A DNA stretch of 63,815 bases, the filler included, from Dugesia japonica (taxonomy: Eukaryota): NCBI GenBank assembly GCA_001938525.1. It is 6 parts of 6 records of this genome, joined end to end, with 100 filler letters (N's around TTAATTAATTAA, not from the genome) between each part and the next. Parts side by side here need not be neighbours in the genome. Positions count along the whole stretch, not along the records: positions 48,908 to 63,815 come from MQRL01624293.1; 5 more parts are not named here. The stretch is one strand, 5' to 3'. This document shows positions 62,804 to 63,815 of the stretch, one piece after another (position 1 is the stretch's first letter; every line of letters starts with the position of its first letter). The position numbers and the translations under genes are program-made. Under the pieces are notes generated by a model. That model was not told the DNA's origin. It searched no databases and saw only the letters and a program-made list of their open reading frames with translations.

Positions 62804-63815
62804 TTATTTCACAATTAATTCAGAGGACTGATTTAAATATGGGTAAATAGAAATAAATCCATATGATTAATTATTTTAATAGCTTTCTATTAGTTGAAGT
62901 GATAAAATTAGAAATAAGCTATATAGTGATTCTATTTAAAATAAAATAAAGTTGTACATTTTAAAAAAAAGATTTATTATGTTCAAAATACACTTATGAA
63001 AACTTTTCCAGGTACAAATTAATTAGAACCTCAGTCGTTGACCAGAGAGGCCTCAGACTTCATCTGATTTATAAAAATAGTAACTAGAATAAGATTTGGC
63101 TCACTATTTATACTAGTGAGATACGTTAAAAATTTCCATTATTTATACAATAATTTAAAAAGAATTTCATTGATCAAATAAAATTTCCATAAATAAATAA
63201 AATGATTAACATAATTTTAAAAAAATTTTCAATAAGTACGGTGATTAAACAATTAATTCAAAAAATAAGGCGATTAAACAGTTATTTATAAAATCCGGTT
63301 ATATGGTAAACAAATTCGATATTAATCGATTCGACTTAAAAGATTAAAAATAAACATATTTAAAAACTGATAAATACGACTTTTAAAAATAAAATAAACA
63401 TATTTACAGTCATAAATAAAAATAAAAAAACTATTTACAGAAAAATATAAATGTTCATTTACCATCAAATAATAATATGAGATAATAAATCGATCATTAA
63501 AAAATTGTCAATAAATCATTTATTGATTTTAGGTGTATTGATTGAAGGCTTGATAGATTGATTAGTTTGGAATTGAGTTGTTTTGATGATTGAGTTATTC
63601 AGATTGTTTGTATGTAGCTTGTTTTGATTATTATATTTGTGCATTGCTTTCCCCAACAGAAAATAAATTTTTTCTAATTCTATCACCCTATTGTTTGGTT
63701 ATAATGTTGGGGAAAACGAAAATCAACAAATTTAAATAAGTACGCACACACCTATATATATTAAATAAGCATGCAAAAAATAAATACAACTCAATTCAAG
63801 CTAATCCAATAATTC

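Noticed and set aside
1-63815. Intact host protein-coding, tRNA or rRNA genes
   Set aside because: None recognized; every assignable coding segment is transposon- or virus-derived and disrupted, though small host exons could be missed by eye.

Overview
Very AT-rich eukaryotic DNA, probably an invertebrate animal (inferred from the transposon complement; planarian-like but not provable here). It is built from six contigs joined by artificial 100-nt linkers (44N-TTAATTAATTAA-44N), so adjacency across linkers is unreliable. I found no intact host gene; the window is a graveyard of nested mobile elements. (1) An LTR retroelement with a tRNA-Pro primer-binding site, many CCHC zinc knuckles and an aspartic protease, followed by a decayed chuvirus-type (class III fusion) glycoprotein, plus a related solo LTR with a TACA target-site duplication. 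(2) At least two decayed Polinton/Maverick (adintovirus-like) elements carrying integrase, packaging ATPase, major and minor capsid, adenain protease, pVI-like and core-like genes, and separately a pPolB fragment. One of them carries an intronless TATA-binding-protein-like gene. (3) A family of AGTAG(A/G)TAGATA-type termini with long subterminal repeat arrays, repeatedly truncating genes of other elements. (4) A Penelope GIY-YIG remnant with a hammerhead-like motif, several Ty3/gypsy remnants, and mariner, pogo, hAT and piggyBac-type remnants. All protein calls come from manual translation and remembered family motifs, not database searches.
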